Positions 47,698-62,500 of a stretch of DNA of 64,000 nucleotides are shown here, piece by piece. How positions within the stretch are numbered: position 1 is the first letter of the stretch; each line of letters starts with the position of its first letter. The stretch is from NCBI RefSeq assembly GCF_006345805.1, contig NC_043015.1, positions 31,372,001 to 31,436,000 on the forward strand, written 5' to 3'. The notes under the pieces are model-generated. The model had not been told where the DNA came from and searched no databases. It was given only the letters and a program-made list of their open reading frames with translations. Position numbers and translations under genes: made by a program. This DNA is from Octopus sinensis (lineage: Eukaryota).

Positions 47698-50600
47698 GTT
47701 AGTTTCTCTTTCAAAATTTTTTCTTCCTCCTCCTTTTTATAATCTTTTCATCCTTCGTTTTATTGTCTCTTTTCCATTTGCTGGAAATTCACTGCAACCC
47801 TCCCAAAAAAACCCCTAAAAACAGTATATTTGAAGCTATAAATATTCAGTTTCATGTTTTTGTTGTTCCTTGTGTGTCCCTTCCTTGGTTTGTTTTGAAA
47901 AAAATAGGTTTTTATGGAATGAATTGGAACCCTTTCCTAAAAAGAGACCCTAAATATTTCGTTTTATCTTCCTCCCATCATAACAAGAATTGTAGTTCAT
48001 TGTTTAAAAGGGCTGCTTTATGTAGTTGTAGCAGTGCTGTTTATTGCTGCTGTATCATCAACTGCCAGTGTGTATATATGTGTGTGTGTGTGTGTTTAAT
48101 ATGCTTCTGTATTTGTTTATGTGTGTATATATGGTATATATATATATGTGTGTGTTTAATAGGCCTCTGTATTTGTTTATGTGTGTGTATATATGGTATA
48201 TATATATGTGTGTGTGTCCATGCATGCTCGTATACACACATGTGCTTCGTGTGAATACGAATTTAATAGTGATTAAGGCTTGAATATTTGTATCCGTGGA
48301 ATGTGGACGTGTATGTTTATGTTGTGTGCATATATTTATATATTGCATGTGTGTGTGTGTGAACGTGTATATATGCGTATGTAGACATATAAACACATAC
48401 ATATAAGCGTGTATATGCGTATGTAGACATAAATATATGCTTATAAGCGTGTATATGCGTATGTAGACATAAACACATACATATAAACGTGTATATGCCT
48501 ATGTAGACATAAATATATACTTATAAGCGTGTATATACGTATGTAGACACATAAACATATACATATAAGCGTGTATATACGTATGTAGAGATATAAACGT
48601 ATACTTATAAACGTGTATATACGTATGTAGAGATATAAACACATACATATAAGCGTGTATATGCGTATGTAGAGATATAAACATATACTTATAAACGTGT
48701 ATATACGTATGTAGAGATATAAACACATACATATAAGCGTGTATATGCGTATGTAGAGATATAAACACACACACATAAGCGTGTATAAGCGTATGTAGAG
48801 ATATAAACATATACTTATAAGCGTGTATATGCGTATGTAGACACACACAAACACATATATATGGATAGCTAGGTAGATGAGGGATGGATTTCGGATTCAA
48901 GGTGCAAAAATAAAATAAAATTGAAGACTATTCCGTGAAACCGCCAGCACCATCAGCAGACCTCCTCCTGAGTCACATGCACAAGACCAACAGAGTTACT
49001 CTGGCTAATCTTTCATTACACACTTTTCAAAAAGCATTTGCCAGTTCTTCAGAATCCGTTTCAGTCCACCATCCGTATCCTGAAAAATGAATGCTGGCTT
49101 GCCAAAATTATAGAACTTTAGATGCATAGAAACAGTTACGACGTGTTTATGAATCAATAATGACAATATATGGCACCGGGAATTGCTCCTTGGTACCAGT
49201 GAAGTCTAATATTAGACACCCACATCTCTTATGAGAGAGTAGTTGACCAAAAGGGAGCACTAGGTTTTGATATCTCCTAAACCTGTAGATCAAGGGGTTA
49301 TGGAGAAATTTTGTGAAATACTCATCCTCCACTACCTTGATGGGTCACCTGTCTTTGCTAAGGTTATTGTGCCTCACCACCACACCATAGAGGTGTAGAA
49401 CACGAATGAATATACATAACTAAATGTTGGAAAGGTGGTTTATTGTCCAACTCTAGAAAAACAAGGGAGACAAATCCGCCTTTTTTCCCAACAGTAAGAA
49501 TTTAGCAATCTTGTCCATTACTGGGAAGGTTTCTAGATGAGGTTACACTGAAAAGATTGGTGCACCCAATCTCAGAAGACGTCCCACCAGCCACAGTAAA
49601 GCTTCTGCTGGGCACAAGGTAGCTTCATGAGAAATGCCGGACCACTTCATTGCATTTGTGGATCTGTGAAAGGCCTTCGGCATGGTAAACAAGGAATTGT
49701 GGGTTTGTTTTTGAAAAGTTTGGTTGCAAATCCAAATTTATGAATCTCCTTTGAAGGGAAATGTGTTTAGTATTATAAAGATGAGTGAGAAAAGTGGTAT
49801 GCATACTGAGTATTAATAACTAACCTTTCTATCCAAACAGTCACAAGTGCTGTTTGTGACCAAAGCTCCACATTGAGGGTCGTGATGTATAGTTATGGAA
49901 AGAACAAATAGAGGTGGTCACCATGATATTCAGTTGACTTCCATCAGAAAGCAATATGAATGTGTGAGAGAGATGCAGGTATCCCTTGTGATTGAGGAGT
50001 TCACTTAACAATCGTGAGGCTTGGGTTCAGTCCCACTGTGTGGCATCTTGGGCAAATGTCTTTTATCGTAGCTGTGAGTTGAGCCAAGTGAAACTAGGAA
50101 AATGGAAACTGTATGGGAGCCTGTCAGATGGACTATACAAGTAATTCAAAGGCCAACTTTGTCACACACTGCATTACACTAATTCCACCTGATGATTACA
50201 TTAAGGGAACGTGTCTGTGGAATACTTGGCCACTTAGAGGATAATTCACTAAGTGGATAGTTCAGTTGATCAAACAGACTTGAATACTCCTCATTGAAAC
50301 TGGTAAAGATCCATGTATGTGTGCTTATGCGTATCTGTATAAAAGGCCAAATCATATCCTCATCATCATCATTGTTTAACGTTTGTAGGATGGTTGACAA
50401 GAGCCGACCAGGTAGAAAACTACCCTAGGCTACTATGTCTGTTTTGGCCAGGTTTTCTTATGGCTGGATGCCCTTCCTAACACCAACCACCCCACAGAGT
50501 GGAGGCGAGGTTAGTTTAGGTATGATCTTTACAGCTGTATACCCTTTCAAATGCCAACCACTTTACAGTGAGGACTGGATGCTTTTTACGTGGCACCAAC

Positions 50601-53600
50601 ACAGGCAGGAACACTAAGTAACTTGCAAAGAACTTTGAAGAATTTTGAGAGGGGCACGGGCATTTGAGGCGGGGATCTTGTGTCAGAAGATGGAAGGTTA
50701 GTGTGACAGAGGCTGAAACAGGTGTCTTGCTATAACGGAAAGGGCATTTGGAGGAGATGATCCGGTATCAGATGATGAAAGGTTAGAGTGTGACAGAAAC
50801 AGGTGTTATAGAGGAGGTACATGGTTGTCCAGTGAGAGAGAAAAAGAGAGATGCTATGGGTGGTTTGATAGGATCTGATAAACCAGAGGATAGCATCAAG
50901 CTCCCATGTCTGCTTTGGCAGGGTCTCTATGGCCAGATGCCCTTCCTATATATGTATATATATATATCATTTTAGCTATTTTTACTCTTGACCTATCTAT
51001 GCCTGAGATTTAATTGTGTATGTTTGTTGTCGTTTCAGTATTTCTTTGTCACTAACGGTTGAGAATCATTTATACCTCAAATTTATGGTTATATAAATGA
51101 TTGTGCTGGTGTGTATACACACACACTCACACACACACACACACACAAGTAGTTAAAACCATGCTTTTCATTTCTAAACTTTAGCCATGAATGATTCTTT
51201 CCTACAAATACAGAAATATACACAAACACACTGAGATTTGTTTGTATTTGTGCATATTTGCTGCATGTATGTATATCTCCTCAACATGGACAAATATATC
51301 AATACATAATTACTTCAAATATAAAAAACAAGCCTGTCCATTACTGTGGTTGTTATCAAGAGGACTACAGTTACTTTGCTTACATGTGTGTTTGTTTGTG
51401 TGTGTGTATGCACGTGCATCCCCTGGTAAATATAGCAGACCTCTTCCAAGATGGCATTAGAGTTTCCTTGCTAACTAAACGTTTGCCATTACTATTTTTA
51501 CTTCAATCCTTTAACTGTGAAATTAAATTTCATAGTTATTCCAGTAATGATATTAAATATCTACCAAAAAAAAAAAAAAAAGAATAGAATTGGTATTTTC
51601 TTGCAGGTTGTGTTGCTTCAGTACACTTTACGTATCTCAACAAAAAATAGTTTCCAAAATGGCATTCTGCAACAAAAGATAGCTTGGTATATAAACTGCT
51701 TTTGGCATGTAAGAGAAAAATGAAATTTCAAGTAGATATATCAGATTTTCACAATAAAGAGGTTGAAGCCTTTTCAATTCTAGGATTTTCTTCCTTATTT
51801 GGAATTTCTTTGTTTCTTTGACTGTAGTTGCATGCTAGATTCTTCATCAAACTCATTGCTAACTCCGACCTTATTGACAGCATCTCTGTACATGGCCTGC
51901 ATAACTCTCACAAGCTACTCATCTACATTTAGTTTCCTTAACCCTTTAGCATTTAAACTGGACATGTCCGGCCTGAATATTCTGTTTTAAGTTCAAACCA
52001 GCCAGATCTGGTCTCTCGTATCTACTTTACATCATTCTAAATGTAAACAATTGCATCATCTGAAATCTTGAAGCTACAAGGAAATGCTTAATTAATTCAA
52101 AAGAATGTGAATTAAATAAACATAACATTTGACAAAGTAATCTGAATGCTAAAGGGTTAATGACCCCCAACCTACAGATCATTGAGTCCAGTCAAAGGCT
52201 TTCTCGAGGTCAGTGAATGCTGAAAGCTAGGTGTGATGACTTTGCTAAGAACTTTTCCTGTATTTGTCCCATTAGGAAGAAGGCATTGGTGGTACCTTTT
52301 CTTGGTACAAACCTAAACCGCATTTCATCTCGGTTAATTTTCTTCCTAATTCTGTTCCTTTTATAACAATAGTTTGATGTTTCTCCAGAAGCTTTATCCT
52401 GGGGCATCTTCTTTTCCCATCTAGCAGTTGATGAGGATACTGTTCTGTTAGTCATTAGGAACGACTCCTTTCTCTTCTACCTCATTTACAATGTAACTAG
52501 CATATATTTTTTAGCTTCTCATTGCCACTTAGTTGGTTGCCCTGTTGGGATCTAGCTAGGAGTTGTCCCTTCTTCCTCACATGTATTCTCCTCATTCAGC
52601 AACCTCTCCTAGTAACACTTCCATGCTTTTTTTGTCGGTGTTAGTGAAGGTGTGGTCACTGCTGCCATTACATGCACACTTCCCACCAACAATGTCGTTT
52701 CGTATTACTGCATTACAATCTGGAGCACCTTGTGCTGCTGGTCCTCACATTGCTTTCCTACTGGGGTTAATTTGCAGTTAATGGCATCAGTCGATCTTAG
52801 TAAGGACCAGTGAGCTGTGAAGACTATAGACACTCTCTTGTTCCAGACCCAGCAAGTAAAAAATTGTGTGTGAATATATATGTATAAATTGTATTATGCT
52901 GTTGAGAGATATTCTACATGGTGGTTGAAATTAGCAGATATATTCACTCAAATAGCACTACAGTTTGGTTTTTTTAAAGAAAAAACATAGAACCAGCTGG
53001 GGTGGTCATAACTAAAATCCTTTTGATCACGGTTCTGCTTTTTTAGGGCTGATCTGAGGCTAAACAAGGTTCATAAGAGCAAGTGGGCATGTAATGACGT
53101 GGTAACATGTATTGACCTTTATTTTTATAGAATTAACTGCCATATTTTTCACTGATTACACCTGGGTTTCTAAACCCTGGTATAGATATAGAAGTATGTT
53201 AGTAGCACACACTAATAAATATCTCTCTCCTTTTATGTGTGTGTGTTTATAGATTACTATTATCTGTCCTAATTTACAAACTACCACTATTCAAATTTCC
53301 CTAACGGTCAGTATATTTCATTGAAAGTATAGTTACTAAAAAAATTAATATGGATGATCATGGCGAGACTGATAAGTCTTACAGATAACATTTGCTCCTT
53401 AACAGATAACGTTCTTACAGATTCTTTTGCTTCTGAGGACCCCAAAGTTTGTTCAACAACAACTAAGACTAACAGCATACATAAATTAGTGTAAATATAA
53501 GTTTCTTTCACTGGTACAAAGCCAGAAATTCAGAGACAAGGTTAATTGATTAGATTGACTCCAGGTCTGGACTAGTACATTATTTATTGACTCTGGAGTG

Positions 53601-56600
53601 ATGACAAGTTCTCTTTCTATATGCTACCTTTGGCATTATATCTACAAACAGTTTTTTTAAAAAAACTTAATAGCATTCCCTTTATCATTATACGCAGTCA
53701 TCACATTCTGTTTAAAATGTCTTATTGATGTGTTTGGCTTCTTTCTTTCCCTGATGAGAAGATTGCATTGTTTTACACTATTTTATTCCTTCTGGAATAA
53801 TACCAATGTCATCTTCTAAACATATGTTGGAAGTAAAAGAATTTGAATAACACCTGCGTTTAACTCCATATATTTATTTATCTAGATTATATAAAACGTT
53901 TCACCTTAACCTGGAGTTTCTACCTTTATAAATAGGCTGTTACATCCTTGTTATTTGTGTGAACTTTTGCTACCCTGGTAACTGTTTATTTTGAAAGCTT
54001 CTCTCTCAACATTAATAGATTCTCTTTGATGCCTATCCTAACTGAACTCTTGTAAGTGGTGACAGCAGGGCTATATTGCTGGTACATCCTGTGTTTGCTT
54101 CCCTGAAAAGGTTGATATTTTGTATCTCAACTTCTTGCGTATTCAAAGATTTCACTATTAGATTATCTCAACACTATCAAAGGCTGTTTTATAACGAACA
54201 CAATGCAAATAGGCAGCTTTTTGCTTATCCTAGAGGTTGTGTTGGAATGACCATGTGGTCGGTTGTGATGTGGTTTCTCTGAAGACCTGTTTGTTCCCTT
54301 GGTTGTTGATGGTCAAAATGTTTCGACAGTCTAGTAACTACGACCTTGTAAACAACTTGTAGAGGTGAGAGGAGAGGAATTTAAGACGATAGTTTCTCAG
54401 ATCTTTCCTATCATCCTTCTTATTAAATAAGATAATATTCTGCTTCTCCTGCAGCAAGATTATTTTCTCCTCTTTCAAATATTAATTGTAGGTTGAAGAT
54501 TTTCTTCAGCTGCTCTCTTCCACTCTACATTTGTATTGTTTTACCAATCTTTCCCCGGAGCTTTATCTCTCTTCGTCATCTTTACAGGATTCTCTGTTTT
54601 GATGACCAGAATGAGTGACACTTTTTCCAATGCTTGTGATGATGGAGGATTAAATGTCACTGGGGATTTTAAAAAGTTTGATGTAAAAGGTTTCACAAAC
54701 TTCCTCCACCTCCCTTTTGCCCGTCACCAGGAGCTTTCTTTGTTCTTGAGCACTCTACCTTCAATTTATATAGTGTCCTCTTTCTTCTGCATCTCTTTTT
54801 TTCCCTTTTTGCATCCAACTTAATCTATAATTCTGAAAGTCACTTACCAGGTGCTGTCTTTGTTTTCTAGAGAATGGAACACTCATGGTCCTCTTCCGTG
54901 TTCCTCTTCATAGTCTTCCTTTTCTCTAGCATTTTCCTTGTTTCCTCTGAAATCCTTCTGCCCAGTTCTTGCTGGTTTATAGTCTTCATTCTCCACATGC
55001 AGCTTTTAATTTCTCAATCAATAAATTACCGTTGATTTCATCAAGCTAACTCCAGGATTCCTTCTTGATAGCATCTTGCTATTGAATCACATTGAAGATC
55101 TTAATTTGCTGGTCCTGTATTGTGATATGCTGTGCTTCTTTTCTCTCTAATTTTGTTGGTGATGACCTTTGCCTGCAGCAAGTGATGGTTGCTGCTGTTA
55201 GTGTTGAATGACTGAGATGTCCTGCAATATGCTTTGTTTGTCGACTGGGATGCAGTCAATCTTATTTTGATGCTCAGCGTTTTGAGTTATCCTGGTCCAG
55301 ATCTTTTCCTGGATAGGCTGTTCCCAATGTAAAGTCTTTTTGCTTTGGCCATGGTTCCTCTTTTTTTTTATTTCTCTTTCACAGTCAAAATTTTCTGACA
55401 TGTTTCTTCCCCTGTCATCCTTTTCCCAGTTTCTTTTCAAATCTTCCATCACGATGGTGTAAGTGGATTTGTGAGCTAGCACTTTTTCTAAGTCTTGATA
55501 GAATCCCCCCCACTTCATCATCCTTGTTCTGGCATGTGGAACAGGTTTGGATGATCTTGAGCATGACATTTCATGAGAGATGGACATTTAAGCATCCTGA
55601 TGCAATGTGGAAAACTGCATGATTTCCAATGCTCTTCCTTTGCTTTTAATAAAACGTGTGCCATCTCTTGCTCCCTCTCACCCTTTGCCTTTCTCATTCT
55701 CACGACATTTCCGTTTCCCCATCTTGCTTTTAGTTTTTTAAAATATTTTAATGTGCTTCACACAATTCTATCACATCATATTTGATTTTACTTTCTCCTT
55801 CAGTAGTTGGGCCATACTGGTTGTCTCTGTCAAAGACATGCAGTTGTAGGTGTCTATGGAAAGATTTATTATCTGGTCCCATTGCGACCTGCAGCTGCCT
55901 GCAGTTTGATTAATCTGCAAGGGACTGATGAATGTCTTTTCACTTAGTTCTAGCTCTTATGGCACCAGTTTCAGAATGGAATGGAGTGAACGGTGTGATC
56001 TTGGGATACAAAAGCACAATTTAATTTGGGTTGGACATGGAAACCCACAGACAACAGGTGATGGACTTGCACCAGTCAAAAGATAGGAAGAGATCATTTG
56101 GAAGACTTCCAAAAGGAAAAATGATATAGACAAAAAATTCAGGCCCAAATAGGAGACAGGTGCAGTAGAAGTGCATTGTAACCAGTGACGTATCGAGACA
56201 TCTGATAGTTTGGTTGATGAGCGTGTGTGTGTGCGCACGTGCGTACATGCATGTTATACTGGGTTCAATCATTGAACTGTGGCTTTGCTGGAACACTACC
56301 TTCAAGGGTTCCAATTGGTTTTATTGGTTCCAGTATTTATCTGATATTACCAATTTCAAAGAGATGAAAGGCTAAGTATATATAACCCTTTGGTGTTTAA
56401 GCCGGCCATATCCGGCCCAAATATCCTACATGTTTTTACATTCAAACTGGCCATATCTAGCCTCTCACACCTAACCTACATTGACATTCTAAGAATAAAC
56501 TATCACACCTTTGAAACTTTAGAGCTATAAGATAATGTATGATTAATTCAAAACAATTTGAGTGAAGAAAGTATTAGATTTAACAGATTAATCTGTGACA

Positions 56601-59513
56601 CTAAAGGGTTAAACAAGTTGAGGAATACAATGTAATTCAATACTCACTGGAATTACCTGATTTCTCAAAGCGAGAAGTTAGTTATGTTCATCATCTCAAG
56701 ATCGAGATGTTGAATATATTCAATCTGCTAGTTTATTATTTGATTTACTTTTTTTTTATTATTATTTGTACTAACCTTATAAACCTGTTATTGTTATATA
56801 GATATACACACATGAGATTCAGTAGCTCACCTACCAGAATGTTCTGCTGTTTTAACTACTTAGAAATGACTATCACCTGTAATTATCTTCTCTCATATAC
56901 AAGAAAGTATTTAACCTGTTATTAGGCTTTCTTCATCTGTAAAAAAAGAGTTTCAACAATTACATTGGCAAATATCCTTACAGCAGGTCTATTTTCTATT
57001 AAAGTTAACTATTTAATAATAGTACTAATAAACAATGTTGTCATAATTAAGAGTTGATGTAATTAAGAGACTTTCTGGAGGAAAATGTGAAGATGTAGAC
57101 ATTTTCAAGGTTTAGCTAGAAAGTCGAATCTTGCGTGAAAGTTGGTGGTATTTAATAGTTGTAGAGTTAAGACTTTGGAATCCAACCATCTCAACTCTGT
57201 AATCTAAGGAGACTAGATGCAGAGCAAATAACTCAGTGGAATCTGTTTTCTCTCTGGATGTTGTTGGTTGTGAGAGTCTCTTTTGCTCTTTGACTAATTA
57301 TTTTGAATCCTGCTGTTATGGGATAGTTGTTACTTGGTTGTATGGTAGAAGTTGCAGCTAGAAATCGACCTGATATCAGGTGCTGCAATACTGATTGTGA
57401 AGATCACTGCTTTTTCAATCTAGTAACAAGTTGTGCACTTGTCTGTGTGTATGTATGTGTGCATGTGTGCAAGTGTCTATACTAATGCAGCTGTGTTCCT
57501 GCACACCCATTTTGTAATGATAAACATGCAAAACAGAGAGAGAGAGAGAGGGGGGGAGAGAGAAAGTAAGACAGCATTTTAAGAAGTGTGAGGCAGGGTG
57601 GGAGTCAAAGAAAACAAGCAAAGTAAAAAATGGGTGAAAGTGATGTGGAGGTGTAAACGTGAAGAAACAAATGGAGGAGGATGAATATCGAAGCATAACC
57701 AAGTTTGTGACATGACTGCATCTCCATTTGCCAAACTGTTACTTCCTCAGTTCACTAGTTTTGGTGAACTGGAACCTTGGATTAAGCACAGACCAAAGCA
57801 CGGAGCATGGCAAGCCGAGTGTTGTAAGGCACTTGCGCTTCTCTCCTGGAGGGTTGATAGAGGCCAAGTGTGATGACACTCTGGGGGAATCCCTGGGCTT
57901 CGATGACGGTCAATTTGCTGGTCTGTTCCGAAGAACATTTGGACCAGGGTCTATGGATAACTTCCAAAAGTCCCTGGTTTGGCAGTGTTACCGAGGAGCC
58001 TTACCACCAGGCACAGCTCTTCATGCTTGCCCAAGATGTGAGCAGAGCAGTGAAACTGTTCTGCACACAATTGTGCAGCGTCCAAAACTTTCAGAATTGT
58101 GGGTTTATGGTGAACAACTGCTGTCATGTTTGAGAAGAGTACAATTGTTCTCCAAGTCTATAATAGAGATTGTTCCACCGCCCTCTCTGAACAGGGAAGA
58201 CAAAGCCTGTTGGTTTCTCTCTGTAGTGACTCTGGCAAAAGAGGTAGTGTGGAGGATACGCATGAAAGGTTTAGTGACAGGCGTCTTCATCTCCAGCCTT
58301 GGTTTAGTAAACTCGTTTGTTTTCCATCTTAAAAGGAAAATAAGGCTGGGGGGGAGATGTTTGCTGCTCAGTACATATGAGAAAAGCTGAAAGAAATTGG
58401 CAAGCATGTTGAGAGTAAATGTTCCTGCTTAAGGGAGAACATAAAAGTCTCTTAAAGGGTTCAGTGGAGGAACGTGGTTTGTGGGATCATACCCGTCCCT
58501 CACTCCATCATCATCATCATCCGTTTTATATTTTTAATCTTGTCATCTCATTCGATCCCCCGACCCTTTTGTCTGTTCTCTCTCTGTTTTTACCTTTATG
58601 GTAAATAAAAAATTAATCCTTTTATTCTCTTTTTCTCTCTCCCACTCTCTCTCTCCCCCCTCACTCCCTGTTTTGAAGTGGTTTTGAATTGTATCTTGGT
58701 GTATAAAAGAAATGGTATCTTCAGTTAAAGTATTGTTTTGGTACAAGAATGGAAAAAATGTTAAGACTTTCCGTATATATGCATGCATGTGCATGCGCAC
58801 ACATATGCGTATGCATGTGTGGTTTTATATATCAGTATGTCTATCTTTCTATGTTTATGATGTTATTCTGTAGAAATTATGGTGTTATTCCTAGTCATAG
58901 ACATAGATGCCAAATAGGAAGCTTTCCAGTTTGAGAAGATGGAATGGCAAATGCTCTGTAGTGTAAATGGTAAGGAAAGGCACTGGTGTGCCTGTGTGGT
59001 TAAGAAGCTTGTTTCCCCACTACTTAGTTTAGGTTCAGTCCCATTGTGTGGCACTTTGGTTAAGTGTCTTCCACTATAGCCCCAGGCCAACCAAAGCCTT
59101 GTGAGTAGAATTGGTAGATGGAAGCAATGAAAGAAGCCCATCGTATGTGTGTGTGTGAATACACACACACACACACATGTATACGTATATATATGTGCAC
59201 ATGTATACACACACATACGTATATATGTTGTATGAAAGCATGTGGCTTAGTGGTTAGGGTATTCAGTTCGCGATCGTGGGGTTCCAAGTTCGATTCCTGG
59301 TGACAGATACACACATACACATATATATCTGTGTGTGTGTGTTTATGTTCGCATTTCCTTCTCTTGACATATAATTTTTATATGTAAGCATATAAATGTG
59401 AAACAAGGTGGAAAAAATAGTACTCGAATACCGGAGGTAGAGTAAAATGCTTTATTAAAAAAGCAGCAAAAATATCACAAAAACTGTTACTCAAAGTTTC
59501 ATGTTCCTATTCA

Positions 59514-59545
<32 letters not shown>

Positions 59546-62500
59546 TGAGATAGATTTTTCTATGGCCAGATGCTTTTCCTGTTGCCAACCTTCATGTTTC
59601 CAGGTAAGGTAATATTTCCTAGAGCAAGACATGTCTTTTTATGAAAGACTTGGAAGCACACAACAGTGTTTGTGTGAGAGAGATTCTTGTGAAGACAAGG
59701 ATACACACGCACACACATGAGCAGCTTCTTCCAGTTTTCATTAACCAAACCCATTCACGAGGCTTTGGTTGGCCTGGGGTTATAGTAGAAGATAGTGTGG
59801 CCCAAGGTGCCACACACCTGAATCAAAGACCACATGGTTGGGAAGTAAGCTTCTTAACTCACAGTCCTACATGAACAATTAACAATTTTAAGAATTTATT
59901 GTTGATACCTGTTTTTGTTTTCTCTTTGTTTAGTTTTTCAACCTCCAAGACTACAATTAGCAGAACCTGGAGAAATCCGGGAAGAGTATGAGAAAGCAGT
60001 TAAGAAGGTAATTTATTTGTTTCTTTTTTTTTTCTTTCTTTTTTTGGGGATTATGCTTCATAGTTTAATTTCGGATTATTGATGTTTTGTTTTTATTATT
60101 GTAATTAGTTGGTGGAGTTGTAGAAAACGTTTAGAGGCATTTCTTTTGGCTCTTTACATTTTGAGTTCAAATTCTGCTAAGGTCAACTTTGTTTTTCATC
60201 TTTTCAGGGTCACTGACATAAATATCAATCTTATACTAGGATCAAATGTAGTTGACGTATCTCTTCCCCTCAAAATTGCTGTACTCATGTCAGAATTAGA
60301 AAGAATTATGGGTCTCTTCAGTTTGGCAGTTAATTATTTTTTTTTAACTAAACAGTTTGCAACTTCATATACTGATGTAATTTCTCATGCTGAACATGGT
60401 TTACTTTCAACATTTTTGACAAAATTGTTGAAAGTAAACTGTGTTCAGCATGAGAAATTACACCAGTATATGAAGTTGCAAACTGTTTAGTTAAAAAAAT
60501 AATAAAAAAATCTGTGAGCCAAACTGAAGAGATCCAGAGTTATTTTAACTAATTGGTTTTTCATCAAATATATCCATCATTATTGTATATAATGTATAAT
60601 CAGTGTATATAATGCTTTTCCAGGCTTGACTGTTGAAATTGTGGTGTACTTTCAGCTAAATGAAGAAAGAGAAGCACAGAAACGGAAGGAAGAAGAAGCA
60701 AGTGTTGCTCTCTTGAACTCCCTTCGCGAAGAGGAAGAACGGTTAAGACGTGAACAACAGAAATTAGAGTCACAACTTAAAAAGGATGAGGAACTTGCTC
60801 GTCAGTTGGAGGTTAGCCATCTCTTTACTTTCTCTTTTACTTGTTTCAGTCATTTGACTGTGGCCATGCTGGAGCACCGCCTTTAATTGAGCAAACTCGA
60901 CCCCGGGACTTATTCTTTGTTAGCCCAGTACTTATTCTATCGGTCTCTTTTGCCGAACCGCTAAGTGACGGGGACATAAACACACCAGCATCGGTTGTCA
61001 AGCAATGCTAGGGGGACAAACACAGACACACAAACATACATATATATGCATATATACGACAGGCTTCTTTCAGTTTCCGTCTACCAAATCCACTCACAAG
61101 GCTTTGGTCAGCCCGAGGCTATATTAGAAGACACTTGCTCAAGGTGCTACGCACTGGGACTGAACCCGGAACCATGTGGTTGGTAAGCAAGCTACTTACC
61201 ACACTCCATATATCAATGAGTTGGTTGCTACCATCACTTTGTCTTTTTTTTAAGATTGTAAGCTACATAAGTTTTGTGGTGTGACCAGTAGTTTACTGGC
61301 CAGGGCCATGCATTGAGTAATTTTGTGAGAGGATAACTGGGAATGGAATCAAAAGCTTTGTTGATCGTAGTTAGAAGATACGTGTGGGAAGTTTTCTTGT
61401 TGGAGTATTTTTTGCGTTAGGTTTATGAGCAGAATGGCATTGGAGTGCAGTGGTTTGAATTTGTGATGTAATTTGAAGTAAGGGAGTTATGGGTTAGTCA
61501 TCATCATCATCGTTTAACGTCCGCTTTCCATGCTAGCATGGGTTGGACGGTTCAACTGGGGTCTGGGAAGCCTGAAGGCTGCACCAGGCCAGTCAGATCT
61601 GGCGGTGTTTCTACAGCTGGATGCCCCACTCCGTGAGTGTAGTGGGTGCTTTTTATGTGACATCAACACAGGTGCCAGGCGAGGCTGGTGAACAGCCACG
61701 CTCGGTTGGTCACCGGCACGGAGGCCAGGTGGGGCTGGCACGTCCACAATCAGATGGTGTTTGTTACGTGCCAACAGCATGGAGGCCAGTCGATGCGGTG
61801 CTGGCTATGGCCACGTTCGGATGGCTCTCTTATGTGCCACCGGCACTGGTACCACATACTACAATTTCCATTGATGTTGATTCACCCCTGCAAGCATGAA
61901 AAAGCGGATGTTAAATGATGCATGTACAGCAGTGTCTATGTCAGTGATTGTGTTGCCTGTTTAACCCTCGTAACCTTGGTTCTGGTTCCTGATGAACTCC
62001 TTCCATTGTGATTTTTTTTTGTTTAAAGTTTGTAAAAACGTTTTTGCTTTCCTCATTTATCTGCAAGTGTGTTGTGATGACAATTGGGAGATCGTCCAAG
62101 GAGAGTTAGGAAATACTTGTCTGGTGGAAGCAGCAGTAGCTTTATTGTTGAGTTGTAGTTGGCTTGGTGAGGTTGTGTGATGGTGTGGATTCTTTAGAAT
62201 ATAAAGTGTTTAGTTGTGATGCTACTGTACCACATCTTCTCCATGTTTGCATGGGTCAGATGGAATTTGTTGAGACAAATTTTCCCCCCTCTATCTCTTT
62301 AGTGTTTCTGCTAAAGAGAATTGTAAAAACATGAAATTTTCCATTCTACGCTTCTTGCAGTGAATTGGCTGAATTATTTAGTGTTGGATGTAATGGTTTG
62401 TGTTACTTGTTTAGATTCTCTGCTTCCTTGAGTTGAACTTTGCCTTTCAGCCATTCAAGGTTGATAAAAAAAAGTACAACTCCAAGCTGATGGGTTGATG

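Noticed and set aside
48360-48845. CRISPR-like regular repeats
   Set aside because: The units are contiguous without unique spacers, there are no cas genes, and the context is eukaryotic.
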